Assembly: GCA_951406725.2 (NCBI GenBank)
Contig: OX597822.1
Coordinates: 48,236,001-48,300,000 of the forward strand
Length of the DNA stretch: 64,000 nucleotides
Reading direction: 5' to 3'
Origin: Octopus vulgaris
Lineage: Eukaryota
Every line of letters starts with the position of its first letter. Position 1 is the first letter of the stretch. The notes under the pieces were generated by a model. It was given only the letters and a program-made list of their open reading frames with translations. It was not told the DNA's origin and did no database searches. The position numbers and the translations under genes were made by a program. Positions 15,443 through 30,082 of this stretch are shown piece after piece.

Positions 15443-16390
15443 AATATGAACTCGTAAAGTAAATTTAGTTCACTCAATTAAAAATATGTTTTCACAGATT
15501 AAAGAGAAACAAATTACGCAACATCACGTCAAGCAGATCAATTTATTCATTTTATTCCATTAATTAATTCTAATAACGAATATCCTTTTAGTATTGCTCA
15601 CAAAATAATTAAGGGCTTCCTAGTGCTTAACATACGAGGCCCGACAACTCGACGGATCGAAGTTTTGACCGTAATTCTCAAACAAGATAACAAAAATATT
15701 CGTAAATAGAATTCAAAGGAAAATATTCATAGGAGATGTTACATTACAAATGAGAGAAATCAACCATCAGAACTAAAATGTCTCTCACGTAAGGATGCTG
15801 GCAATTTACTCTATGAATAAAACTAGATTATTGTAGCAGTTTTTACGAACGAATGAAAATAAAGTATTCGCAAATTCTTTACAAATACTTAATAATTTAA
15901 TTCTAAAAATTTAGGATTTGATTGGGGAAAAAAAATATTAATGCATATTCGATATTTTCGACTTTCTTAGTAAGTGAAGCGTGAAGGAAGCGAATATTAA
16001 AAGTGTCCAAACCCGGAGGGAAATCATTGGAGAGACAAAAAAAACTGTATTACTCTAAGGAAAATTGATAAAAGAACAAAGATAGACACAAAAAATATCA
16101 CGTTAAAGAATCGGGTCATTTTATATTATTATATACGGTAAACGTGGTGTCTGTGCAAATATGCTAACACACACACATGTATACAAACATGCATACAAAC
16201 ATGCATATATATATATATATTATATATATATATACATACATACATATATATATGTATACGTCTATAGATATGTATATAAGTATATGCATGTCTTCATGAA
16301 TTTGAATGCACACACACACACATATATATATATAAGTAGCGTCTCTCTCTCGCATTCTCTTCCTCAATCTCTCTCTCTCTATCTCTCTCT

Positions 16391-16436
<46 letters not shown>

Positions 16437-16701
16437 GCACATGTGCACATATACAAAATCACACATGCGTACACTCGTGCATACATGTATGATAATAAAT
16501 ACATATACATACACAAATGTGTATAAGTATACGTATATTTACACATATATATACGCACATATTTATATGTAAACACAAACTTAAAGATGCACACAACATA
16601 TATGCGTACATATGTGTGTGTATTTGGGTGTGTGTGTATGTGCGTGTTCGTATATGCTTATAGGTGTGTGCATGACTGTATACATGTATACACATACACA
16701 G

Positions 16702-16742
<41 letters not shown>

Positions 16743-16756
16743 CATACACATGTAGC

Positions 16757-17450
<694 letters not shown>

Positions 17451-17784
17451 TATATGTATATGTATATATATAATTTTAAAATACGATAAAATCTTTATAA
17501 GAATTTATTAAGTAGCGCGCGTGAAAAACCTCATACGGGGAAAATTTTTTAAGTATATATATATTTCAAGATTAAAGTTTTAATTACATATATATTTCAA
17601 GATTAAATAAAAAGACAACAAACTGAAAATATGACCTGCCTATTTATATAATTTTAAAAAATAGGTCATGAATAAACAAACGAACATATACACAGACGGA
17701 CAGAAAACACAGGAGGTCACCAATTCTTCATCAGTTATCGACCAGAGAAGTCAAACGCACTCTCCCCTCCTTCTCTTTATCTCT

Positions 17785-17818
17785 TGCACTGAAGAACAGA
17801 TGGCTTTGAAACGTCTGA
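17785..17818 (+). ncRNA. Degenerate minimal hammerhead
   Basis: CUGAAGA-12 nt-GAAACGUC; helices I and II are poorly paired; outer pairing tcaaacgc/gcgtttga. Confidence 0.4.
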
Positions 17819-17879
17819 TCTATCATCTTTCCACACAGCTTACTGAGCGTTTGAAACTCATGAATTCCCTGCTACATTG

Positions 17880-18177
17880 AAGATGCGTGGCTTAATGGAT
17901 AGGGTATTTGGCTCATAATCATAAGATGCGTTGTGGCCTTAAGCTAAACACTATATTCCACGTTGCTCCAGTCCATTCAGCTTGCAAAAACGAGTAGTAC
18001 CTGTGTTTCAAAGGGCCAGCCTTGTCCCATTCTATGTCACACTGAATCTCCCTGAGAACTACGTTTAGGGTGCGCGTACCTGTGGAGTACTCAGCCACTT
18101 CCACATTAATTTCACGAGCGGGCTGTTCCGTTGATCCGATCAACTGGTACACTCGTCGTCGTAACCGACGGAGTGCC
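17880..18177 (+). mobile_element. SINE family C
   Basis: gtacctgtgtttcaaagggccagcc...gtcgtcgtaaccgacggagtgc tail. Confidence 0.85.
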
Positions 18178-19797
18178 ATTTGTTTCGTTTTTGTCTTTTT
18201 TTTTTTTAGTGTTTGACAAGGCAGAATACCATCAGTCTTTCATGCCAATAATTTTTAACTCTTAACAGAACTACTTCCGATTTCTTTCCAACCAATCATA
18301 AAACCAAATATTCTAAACTTCAGCCAGTCACAAACCTTCTTCCTACTCAAACTATAATTAGTGATAGCCCCTTATGTATCATACTTAGTGGTATATATAT
18401 TGTTGATAGGCTAGTTACTGCTGTATTTGTCTTGAAATGATACCTCGTATGTGTTGCGTTTAAAAAAGAAAAGCAATAAATATCGGAGAAAGATGAAAAT
18501 TGTTCCTCGTAGCGGCCGAAATGCGTCCGGCATTATCGCTAGCCGCTGTTGGGACGAATTTTCATCACACACAAATGTCTATTTTGAATAAATACTGCTT
18601 CAGTTGCACACAGAAAATTTCTGTGTACAGGAACTAAATAAGAAAGAGGAGCGGATTAAAAACATTACAGCGTATCTAACGGCCAAAAAGAAGGAGCAGA
18701 CAGCATATTACAACCAGATTTCCAGTCCACGTATCCCACGTTACATCACTGCCAGTAACTTTCGTTAATCTCTAATGACATCATCACTGACCTTTCAAAC
18801 TAACAGCAACAATGTAACTATGGTCATCGAAAACTTAATTTAGCAGAATAGGTCATAGGATTTTAGGGTCGGAGATCAATTTTCGATAAACAAGCAAAAT
18901 TAACTTTTGCCGAATTCCATTACTTAATATATACAAAATGCATTTGCAAACTTAACTCCCATACGCACGTGCATACATGTATGTGTTTTGCAAGTACAAA
19001 TGTATATAACATTGATTTATGTATTTCTATCTTAATGCTCATTTTAATATTAGGCCTCATTTTATAACGTTTGTTAAATTTGATCGCTCTCAGTTGTATT
19101 CACATACGTACAGCCAAGCGCTCATACGCCTTTTGGTTTGTGGTTTTATTATTATTATTATTATTATTATTGTTGTTGTTGGTGGTGGTGGTGGTGTTAT
19201 TATCATTTTCTAATCGTTTATTGATTTTCTTCGGCCAAGCTAGACCACCGCCATCATGGATTTTTGACGGTCATATTGGTCTCGTCTCTCTGTATGTATT
19301 TCACTTTAGTTTCTGCTACATCATCGATCTGTATTTATCGAATGACTGAATTACGAGTTGGACACAGATACGCCTCAACATACGGATTCACACCAGCATT
19401 CATAGACACACACACACACACACAGACGTACACACAGATACACATGCATACGTTCATACAGTCATGCATACCTACATACATACAGACAGACAGACAACTA
19501 GACAGGCAGGCTGGCGGGCTAGCAGATGGGCAAGCAGGCGGGCATGATTGCCGCAACCTGATTTTGAATGATTCCGTCGCTTGATTGTTTCTTAACATAA
19601 GCAGCACAGATGAGGATTTTCCGTCCTGCTGGAGACTTACAATTTTTTGCATTGATTTGGCAACGATGGTGTCACAGTATTGTCTTAGCGAACCTTCACA
19701 TGACGCACATACATACACACATACATACATACATACATACATACATACATACATACATACATACATACATACATACATACATACATACATACATACA

Positions 19798-20155
19798 TGA
19801 TGATGGCCGTCCACTCGTGACCGAGGAAGACCATTGCTGACCTTCAGGAACATTGTGCGCTCTAGGACTAACTTATATTTTTCATTTACGGTTCCGTTGG
19901 TGGCTAATGAGCTCTGCTCTTGACAAGCATTCACGACTGCAAACATTGCAAACCAAGCTTTCCTCATTCACACCAGCAGTGCGCTTTCGAGCAGCACGCT
20001 TAAGTTCTTCATGCAGAATACGTGCTCTCTTAAAAGTGCCCACCCCCTCCTTAACCTGCTTCCTCCATGTGTGGCGATGACAGGTACTGTTCTCCCAGTC
20101 AGTCACCTACATATCACAGGCCTTAAATAGGGACTTGATACAGTCCTTAAATGTC
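19798..20155 (-). mobile_element. RTE-clade LINE 3' end, inserted in (TACA)n
   Basis: ORF 19882..20106 reads WENSTCHRHTWRKQVKEG...CNVCSRECLSRAELISHQR, the RTE C-terminal zinc-finger-like motif, followed by a short 3' UTR. Confidence 0.8.
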
Positions 20156-20704
20156 ACATACATACATACATACCTACATACATACATACATACATACATA
20201 CATACATACATACATACATACATACGTACATACATACATACATACATACATTCATGCACTACAAATAATCGCGATATCTGGGACTATAAAAATGCAAAGA
20301 CCTTCTTAAGCTTTAAGAGATGATGAACAAAACAAGAGGCTTTCCTTCACAACCTTGTTCCGAAATAGTCTACCAACCCAAATTTACTGAAAATCAAAAA
20401 GAGAAAGAGAACATTCAACACCACCAGTCAATTCACAAAACATCAAAAATGGTTAAACGACAAACCAGGAAAGCAGATTGGAGGCTCAAAATCTCAAACG
20501 TTAGATTCCAAAATTATTCTGCTGAAACAAGAGCTAACAGCTACCAGCTACAGCTGAATAATTAAGATATAAATCTGCAGATTACAAGCGGAAAACAATG
20601 AATAGATTTTATTATATGTGAGGACGGTCATTTTGCCAATAAACACACGCACGGTTTACTCGATCTTCACTATGGCTTTTTTTATTATTAGTTATTGTTT
20701 ATTT

Positions 20705-20747
20705 GTCAGAATTCTTTCGTCACTAATTCCATGACATCTTCATTGAC
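20705..20747 (-). ncRNA. Degenerate type I hammerhead
   Basis: GUCA-AUGAAGA-U-GUCA...UGAC-GAAA-GAAU-UC-UGAC; helices I and II intact, C3 changed to A. Confidence 0.55.
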
Positions 20748-20924
20748 TATTTCTTCTTCTAAGATCAGAAGGTAGTGGAGATATAAAGAAAAAGAACTAA
20801 TAGTAAATCTGATCACAGCAACAAAAGGGGTGGGGAACGGATAAGTTCACTGAGAAGAAAGTGCATGGGTTCCTGGTACAAAAGACACGAGTCACAGACG
20901 GAATTAATCATATCAATACATTAG

Positions 20925-21055
20925 CATGGGTTCAGTCCCACTGCATTGCACCTTTGGTATGTCTTCTACTATAGCCTCAGGCCGATCAAAGCCTAGTGAG
21001 TGGATTTGGTAAACGGAAACTGAAAGAAGCTCGTCGTATATATATATATATACGT

Positions 21056-21119
<64 letters not shown>

Positions 21120-21325
21120 ATGCTTGTATGTCTGTGTTTGTCCCCTCACCATCGCTTGAAACCCGATGCTGGTGTGTCTACGTCCCCGTAACTTAGCGGT
21201 TCGGCAAAAAGCGATCGAACAGATACTAGGCTTACAAAAAATAAGTCCTGGGGTCGATTTGCTCGACTAAAAAGCGGTGCTCCAGCATGGCCACAGTCAA
21301 AAGACTGAAGCAAGTAACAGAATAT
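20925..21325 (+). mobile_element. SINE family A
   Basis: Matches the other family A copies. Confidence 0.85.
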
Positions 21326-21465
21326 AAAAATCTAACACACACACACAGAGGCTTCTGCACAGTTTCTATCTATCGAATTCTACTCACAAAGTATTGGAAG
21401 AAGTCGTTGTCCCAAGCTGATGGTGGTGGTGGTGGTGGTGGTGGTGGTGGTGGTGAGGATGATAT

Positions 21466-21502
<37 letters not shown>

Positions 21503-21667
21503 AGTGACGATAAGGAGGATAATGAGGAGGAGGAGAAAGAGAACGATGACGCCGAATACGACGACGACGATGATGATGATAATAGAAGAATTTATATGGA
21601 CAAGCATGTCCAAGGGCAACCGTAATTTAGGTCGCTATTTCTTATGGTGTCGGAATCCCTTTAATTA

Positions 21668-21865
21668 CTAACCAGACGACTGAAGGAGCCTTCGTTAACC
21701 AGACTGTCAAGGAGACTTCATTAATGAAGACGACTGAGTAAGCTTTGATTATCCAGAAGCCCGAGGGAGCTGTCATTAATCAGACGCCCAAGAAAACGTT
21801 CATAGTTTCACAGCCGAGGGAGCCTTCTTTAATCAGACTGTGGAGAGGGTTCTCCCCCTCGTTAA
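21668..21865. repeat. Degenerate ~27-bp minisatellite (~7 units)
   Basis: Units resemble accagacgactgaaggagccttcgtta. Confidence 0.7.
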
Positions 21866-21873
21866 AAATATGA

Positions 21874-21914
<41 letters not shown>

Positions 21915-22119
21915 GCGGACGGATGGATGGATGGATGGATGGATGGATGGATGGATGGATGGATAGATGGACGGACAGACGGACGGAGGGATAGACAGAC
22001 ACACACACATGCCACCATATTTATTTCACTAGTTAGTTATCTTTCTGCGTTGATTTTTTTATTATATTCTTGTCTGTCTGTTATGTTTTCTCTCTCCCGC
22101 CCGTTCTCTTTCATTCTCT

Positions 22120-22229
<110 letters not shown>

Positions 22230-22665
22230 GTTGTCTATCTATCTCTATATCTCTATCTAAGCATTTCTCACTCATCATTTCTATCAATTTGTTATTGAGT
22301 TTACATGACAACAGACTGATTGTAGATACAATTCAACGACAACGAACTGATGAAAAATATAAAATATAAAAAAAAAATTTAAGAAAAAGATCGTAAAGAA
22401 AATATATTGCAAAGAGCTTCCGGTTTGGGGAAAGTTATTATCACAACTGAAATCTCTCCACTTCCGTTTCTTTTCGTAATCTAAACAAAGCCAGAATGAA
22501 GACGGCAGCCATTAAACTATGATAGGATTTGGGTGGTTAATGGAATGAGAGAGAATGTGGTCAAGTGTGTAGACTGGACAGAGCCGAGTGGACAGTCTGG
22601 CAAGGAACTAGCGGACAGAATCAAATAAACAGAGTAGACAAACTGGACCGAACCGAGTGGCTAAC

Positions 22666-22875
22666 TAGCACTCCGTCGGTTACGACGACGAGGGTTCCAG
22701 TTGATCGGATCAGCGGAACAACCTGCTGGTGGAATGACCGTACAAGTGGCTGAGCACTCCACAGACATGTGTGCTCTTAACATAGTTATCAGGGAGATTC
22801 AGCGTGACACAGAATGTAACAAGGCTGGCCACATTTTTGCCAGCTGAGTGGATTGAAGCAACGTGAAATAAGGTT
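22666..22875 (-). mobile_element. SINE family C, 3' part
   Basis: gcactccgtcggttacgacgacgagggttccagttgatc. Confidence 0.85.
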
Positions 22876-23275
22876 CGTTTCATCTGCAGGGAATGTGATC
22901 GCCTCAGTCTTGGGGGATGCAAAAGGGCCACACCAATTCAAAGTACTCTGTGAACTTACTGAGGCAGTTACGAATAGCTATCAGGACCAAACGGCCTTGA
23001 AAACTGACGAAAGAGGTTTTGTGTCATTAGGACAAACCCCCAGCACACAAGTCCTCGCTTTCAATGGCTGTTGTATGGCATCACTGTGGTTTTAAAATCG
23101 TTGATCACGCTTCCTGTTTTCCTACTCTGGCCCCATTTGATTACCGTCTGTTCCCCAATATATATAAAAAAAACACTTGGCTTGGAACCATTATGAGAGT
23201 GATGATAATATCTTGTCTGCTGTTGTTAACTTTTTTGCGCAACGGGATGAAAGCTTCTTCACAAATGGCATATAT
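22876..23275 (+). pseudogene. mariner (DD34D-type) transposase remnant
   Basis: SAGNVIASV; DHASCFPTLAPFDYRLFPN (degenerate HPPYSPDLAPSDY); DDNILSAVVNFFAQRDESFFTNGI. Confidence 0.8.
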
Positions 23276-24295
23276 ATCGTCTACAAAGTTTGTAAGGAGT
23301 TAGAAACAAAAAATGGAAACGTATCACCAGCATCAAAGCATAAAAAGCATTCTAAATACTCTGAAATTATAAGAACACCTGACTATGTCCAGCAAGTTCA
23401 ACAGACTATTCATTACAATACCAGAAAGTCCATGAGGTTAATTCCAAAAGAAACAATCAGAAATGTTGTCCGTCTATGAAGACATCAGATATAAGTTTTA
23501 TATGATGAGGAAAGGTCAATTTGTCAGAAAAAAAAAAGAAAATTACATCAGATCTAAAAGGCTCTTTAAGTAAACTAAAAAATCCAGTAGAAGACGAGAA
23601 AAACTTCGACGAAGATCAAAAAGTTAACACAAGAAATGACAGATGTTTATGTGCAGACCCTTCTGAAGTTCTAAGTGTTACGCATACATAATTTCCTGCA
23701 ACTGTCATGGTTTTAAGGGTTGTCAGCAATGAAGGACATGTGATGCTTTCTTATTTCTTTCTACAAGGTCTTAAAGTTAACTCTGCCGCCTACATTGAGG
23801 TCTTGAAAATAATTGTTAAGCCTTGGATAGACAGTGTATGCAATGGAAGGCTATATCTGTTTCGGTAGGACTGCACTATCAAACATGGCTCTAGTAACAC
23901 AGGAATGGATGGCTGAAAATTTTCATAATCGCATAACAACTAACATTTGGCCCCCTGAGTCCCCAGATATCAAACCATTGGACTATTGTATGTGGAGCGT
24001 TGTTGAGAGAGAGGTCAATGAACACACCCATAACACCAAAGATTCTTTGAAAGCTGCCATAGTCAGAGTAATGTCCAAAATGAACCCAGATCACTTGATT
24101 CGAGCATGTAGATGGTTCAGATCTCATATAGAAGCAGTTGTTGAAGCTGAAGGAGGCTTTATTGAATAACATTATAGAAAAGAAGGTTTATTTTTATCCT
24201 CATGGAATTTTTTGATAAATAAAGTTATCATCTGTTATTATATTTCTGCTTTTTTCTTTATGAACATAAATCTGTCCTCAAATATCTTACGCACC

Positions 24296-24300
<5 letters not shown>
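23276..24300 (+). mobile_element. maT/DD37D-type transposon remnant
   Basis: DEKNF...NTRNDR; WPPESPDIKPLDYCMW...IEAVVEAEGGFIE; D-to-D spacing 37 after repairing one frameshift; right end atcttacgcaccatgta. Confidence 0.8.
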
Positions 24301-24348
<48 letters not shown>

Positions 24349-24556
24349 TGTAATGCATGTGCACCTGCAGACACTTGAGCGCGCATGTGTTTAATATGGA
24401 CGAAAACCAGCAAGGAAAAAAAGGTCAAACATGGCCACATTTGGACAGAAAAATTAAAAGTAGACAGAAAGTTACGTGGACGAGCAGACACGCAGCTATG
24501 TAAGCAGTGGCAGACAGACAGAAAGTTCTGAGTAGAGAGAGAGAAAGAGAGAAAGA

Positions 24557-24627
<71 letters not shown>

Positions 24628-25144
24628 TGAGACAGAAATGCATTTAGCCAAAGAGATTAATAGAGAGAACCAAGTGAACAGAATGAAAAGGACAGACAGA
24701 GATAGTCTAACAGACAGACTAGTAGAAAGATCGACTAATGGAAAGAGCCGAAGACCCCACACAGATATACAGATAGGCAGACAGGCATACAGGTAGACAG
24801 ACAAACAGGCAGCTAGGCAGACAGACAAACAGGCAGACAGGCAGACAGGCCAATGAGAATTCATGGCCATAATCAAATTTTCTCTTCAATCGTTTTACAT
24901 TTCGTCCACTTTTATTTTGCCTTATTTTATGCATTTTTATTTTTTTATATAGTTCTATTTTTTGCTTATTTACTTATTTATTTGAAATACAATTTGAAAC
25001 CTGCTCCTAGGGAAAATAAAATAAAAGATACACAGACATAGGCATATATATATAAATACACACACACAAAACCTGGTATATACACACATGTATACACACA
25101 GATATAGAGACATACATACACACACACACACATTAACGCACACA

Positions 25145-25190
<46 letters not shown>

Positions 25191-25343
25191 TTTCACATAT
25201 ATATGGAGAGAAGCTTATAAACTATATAGGCATATATGATTAAATTACATATATACGTTTATATATATACATATATATGTATGTAATATACATACATATA
25301 TACATACACACATTCATATACCAATGTGTAGACATATCTCTTT

Positions 25344-25425
<82 letters not shown>

Positions 25426-25464
25426 ATATGTATATCTATTTTATATAAATAAATATATACACAA

Positions 25465-25528
<64 letters not shown>

Positions 25529-25717
25529 GCTCACACAGAGAGACACATCTACACACATGCGAGCATACATATGACGAGAGGAAGGAGAGGAAAGCGCGAG
25601 GAAGAGAAAGAAACGAAGTTAAGAAGCGGAGGGTTTAATGTAATCAGGTCCGGAAGCCATACTTGTCGATCCAGACATACGAAACCTAAGAGAGAAAATA
25701 ACACACACGCATATTCT

Positions 25718-25946
25718 TTTATTATTTTATTTGTTTCAGTCATTTGACTGCGGCCATGCTGGAGCACTGCCTTTCAGTCGAACAGATCGGCCTCTGGACT
25801 GATTCTTTATAAGCATAGTACTTATTCTATCGGTCTCTTTTGTCGAACCGCTAGTTTATGGGGACGTAAACATACAATCATCGGTTGTCAAGTGATGGTG
25901 GTCTGGACAAACACAGACACACACGCACACTCACACACACACACAT

Positions 25947-25986
<40 letters not shown>

Positions 25987-26225
25987 GAATGGCGGTGCCC
26001 CAGCATGGCCACAGCTCGTGAGCTGAAACTAGATGAAAAATGAAAAAATGATATATATATATATATATATGACGGGCTTCTTTCAGTTTACCAAAATCTA
26101 CTCACAACGCTTTGGTCGCCCGATCCTATAGTAAAAGACACTTGCCCAAGGTGCCACGCAGTGGGACTGAACCCGGAACCATGTGACTGGTAAGCAAGCT
26201 ACTTACCGCACAGCCATTCCTGCGG
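25718..26225 (-). mobile_element. SINE family A, split at its internal microsatellite by a short plus-strand LINE-tail fragment (25990-26050)
   Basis: 3' half 25718-25925 and 5' half 26070-26225. Confidence 0.8.
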
Positions 26226-26263
<38 letters not shown>

Positions 26264-26284
26264 ACACATACCTACATATATGAG

Positions 26285-26318
<34 letters not shown>

Positions 26319-26849
26319 TGTATGTATGTATGTATGTATGTATGTATGTATGTATGTATATATGTATGTATGTATGTATGTATGCATGTATGTATACATA
26401 ACGTTGAGAGATTGCGGACATAAAAATAGTGTCAGATAGACAAAGATCGATGATAGATGGACTGAGAAGTAGAGACGCAGAGAAATTGTGTGTGTGAGAG
26501 AGAGAGGGTGTGTGTGTGTATGTGTGTGCGTGCGTGTGTGTCTGCGTGTGAGTGTGTACGCGGGTGTATGTGTATGTGTGTAATAGAGAGATGGAGAGAG
26601 AACGAGAAAGAGAAGGAGAGAGAGACCTCAAAGGCTATGCCATTATCAAATAAAACGGCGGTAAGATTCCGCCATTATCGAATAAACGACATTAACACGC
26701 CATCTTGTCTTTCATCTGCTGTCTTCTTCGTCCACTCTTCAGCATTCGTCGTCGAGGAGGACGAAGAGTGGGCATTGAGGTTCGAGGAGGGCTGCAGCGG
26801 TGAGATGCACTGGTTGTGTAAGTTGAAGATGTGGGGACATGGGGAAGTT

Positions 26850-27330
26850 TTCGTGGTGGTGGTGGTGGTTGTCGTCGTCGTCGTGGCAGCTCTGGTCGTT
26901 GTGGGAGCTGCGATGGTAGTTGTCGTGGTGGTCCACTAGCGGTAACGATGTTAGTGGGGGTGGTAGTGGTGCTTGTGATGGTGGTGAAGAGAAGATATGG
27001 CAGTGGCGTCGGTGGTGATGGTGGTAGTGATAGTGTCGGTGTTGGTAGTGTTGGTTGTGGTGGTGGTGGTGGTGGTGGTGGTGGTGGTAGTTGTGGTGGT
27101 TGTAAAGAGACGGTACAGCAGTAGCGTCAGTGGTGATGGTGGTAGTGATAGTGTCGGTGTTGGTAGTGGTGGCGGTGGTGGTGGTGGTGGTGGTGGTGGT
27201 GGTGGTGGTGGTGGTGGTGGTGGTGGTGGTGGTGGTGGTGGTGGTGGTGGTGGTGGTGGTGGTGGTGGTGGCAGTGGTGGTGGTGGCAGTGGTGGTGGTG
27301 GCAGTGGTGGTGGTGGCAGCGGCGGCGGCC
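26850..27330. repeat. (GGT)n low-complexity tract with a local duplication
   Basis: ggtgatggtggtagtgatagtgtcggtgttggtagt occurs at ~27014 and ~27133. Confidence 0.85.
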
Positions 27331-27719
27331 AATAGGTTAAGGAGGCTTATCTTTTGCAACAACATGGCTGTCGAAAAGAAACAGTTCAAAACACTGTCTT
27401 CGGTATCGAGATATGCGAGTGTGTGTGTCTGTATATGTATATGCATTCACATATATTAAGTATACGTCTGTGAGTATCTGTATGTGTTTGAATGTATATG
27501 TGTGTGAGATAGGGATCAAGGCAGACAGAAAGAGAAAGGGAACCCCTTTCATTGCTATTTTCTTTTGGTGGAGCCCCATAGCCAATCGCTGTTTAAAAAC
27601 TAGTTCTATAGACACTTCCTTCGAAATTCTTTTGTTTTTCGCCCGTTCACTTATATACGTTTCCAATAGCACTCACTGAGAAAAAACTTGTTTCAGTAGC
27701 CAGAAAGAGGCTGCTAAGT

Positions 27720-28111
27720 TAATTACATTATTTACATTATTTACATTCGACGGATATTTGTCCTCATCTTGTTTGAATGTAAATAATGTACATAATTCCT
27801 CGTCTCTTAAATATAGAACTGTAGGCTGCAAATTGTTAAACGCTAGACAAAGAAACCCTGTTGTTTCTTGTAATAAATACGATTAAAGCAAAATATTTTT
27901 CATGGGCCGCCAAAATACGACCGTGAAATCCCAATTTACTACTCTGCTTGCGTTGACCCCAAAACAGAATCAAATCTTCATTATTTACGTTTGACGGATA
28001 TTTGTCCTCATCTTGTTTGTTGTTAACACAACATTTCGGCTGATATACCCTCCAGCCTTCATCAGGTGTCTGGGAAAAATTTCGAACCTGGGCTCAAATC
28101 AAAATAATGTA

Positions 28112-28191
<80 letters not shown>

Positions 28192-28391
28192 ACTTCTATA
28201 TCTAAGAGAAGAGGAATTATGTACATTATTTACATTATTTACATTTGACAGATATATGTCCTCGTCTTGTTTGTTGTTAACACAACGTTTCATTTGATAT
28301 ACCCTCCAGCCTTCATCAGGTGTCTTGGGAAAATTTCCAACCTAAGCTCTCATTCCTAATTTATTTTTCGATGATGTTGTTGTTGTTGTTG

Positions 28392-28466
<75 letters not shown>

Positions 28467-28525
28467 TCACTGCCTGGAATCGAACTCAAAATCTTGGGGT
28501 TAGTAGCCTGCGCTCTTAACCCCAT
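27720..28525 (-). mobile_element. Cluster of tRNA-head + (TAA)n + minimal-hammerhead elements
   Basis: tRNA-like head at 28461-28525; hammerheads at 28025-28070 and 28279-28324; tail fragments at 27720-27825. Confidence 0.75.
28025..28070 (-). ncRNA. Minimal type I hammerhead (Penelope-type)
   Basis: GACAC-CUGAUGA-A-GGCUG(10 nt)CAGCC-GAAA-UG-UU-GUGUU. Confidence 0.7.
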
Positions 28526-28756
28526 ATGGACCCCGGTTGAGAACCACTGATGGTTTCTTATATAAAGGGAGTTTAACTGTGATCTCAGCTGTTATCTGTA
28601 TTGTTGGCAAGCCTGGATGTTTAGATTATTAGTAACGTTTCTTCCAGTGATAGTGTTTATGAGGATGCTAAAATATTGTAATTGGAGTATAGAACCTGGT
28701 GGCGGTATTGATGAGCTCGCTGATGATATTTCCATGTTTATTGTGATAAGGTGGGT

Positions 28757-28975
28757 TAAGGTGGCGAGGTAACAAAATTGTTAGCACGCCGGGCGAAATG
28801 CTTAGCGATGTTTCGTCTGCCGCTACATTTTGAGTTCAAATTCTGCCGGGTTCGACTTTGCTTTTCATCCTTTCGGGGTTGATTAAATAAGTACCAGTTA
28901 TGCCCTGGGGTCGATTAATCGACTGGCCCCCTTCCCCAAAATTTGATGCCTTGTGCTTCCATTAGAAAGGATTAT
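28757..28975 (+). mobile_element. SINE family B
   Basis: gttagcacgccgggcgaaatgcttagc...gactttgcttttcatcctttcgggg. Confidence 0.85.
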
Positions 28976-30014
28976 AACAAGGTGAGTTATTGATTTTCCA
29001 CGTAACAATTCATAATATTTTGGCGTAATCTTCCTCTGTTCACTACAGTGCAAGCTTCAACTGGAAACTGTAGATAATTAATCATTCGCCCTCATTAATG
29101 TACTAAGTGTTGCTGGTTTTTATATTTAAAACCTGCATTTCATGTATAGTAATATACCCTACTAGTTTACGAATGTCATTTTATGATATCTATATATTTA
29201 ATACATATATAAGACTACCCCTGTTGTGGAAAGGTCTGTCAAATTTGATTTAAGTATAATTTTGAATGGTAAGTCTTCTATGTTCTGGTTGTAAGACTGT
29301 TTCTTGAATTAGTTCCATAAATGTGTTTTTAATGCCATTAATGTTTGTTGCAGAAATTTGAGATTTACTTTTTCTTTTTCTGTTCTTTTTTTCTTTGTCA
29401 GTGATACAGATCTTGAGGGGGTAGAGAAGGAGAAAAAGAAATGGAGGAAGAGAAACATGATGGCGACGACGGCGTCGAAGACGACAAACATGCTGAACAG
29501 AAGAATGAATGACATTTGTGATAATGGTGTGATGAGGACGAGGATGCTTATCATCATCATTTCCATCAACATCAAGAGGATGGAGGCGTGGATGAAGATA
29601 AAAATTATTTCAGTGATAGTGACGATGATGGTAGAAGTGGTGTTGGGGAGTAAAGATGGTGGTTTTAATGATGGTGGTTGTGATGGTGGTGGTATTAACG
29701 CCGGCCTTCTTAGTAACGTTAACGTTAATAAAAATGATTATGATAATGATGAAAAGGAGGAGGTAGAAAGAGGAAGTAAAAGCGGAGGAGAGAGAAGAGG
29801 ATGACAATGACGACGACGACGACGATGATGATGATGATGATGATAACGATAATCATATTGCGCAGGAGGCGGAGGATGAAGCATATTTCCGCCGTTTATT
29901 TTTCATTTTATTCTCTTCCTTAATCCTTGCCCACAAATACACTCACACAGACACACTTTCTACTCTACACACACCACACAAACAGACAGTCAAACAGGCA
30001 GACAAGCAGGCGGT

Positions 30015-30082
<68 letters not shown>

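Noticed and set aside
21668-21865. Regularly spaced ~27-bp units as a CRISPR array or coding repeat
   Set aside because: Degenerate tandem units without unique spacers, no cas genes, eukaryotic context, and the frame contains stops.
26620-27446. Protein-like minus-strand segment flanking a (GGT)n tract
   Set aside because: Openness is mostly due to the repeat; no clear splice sites or homology.
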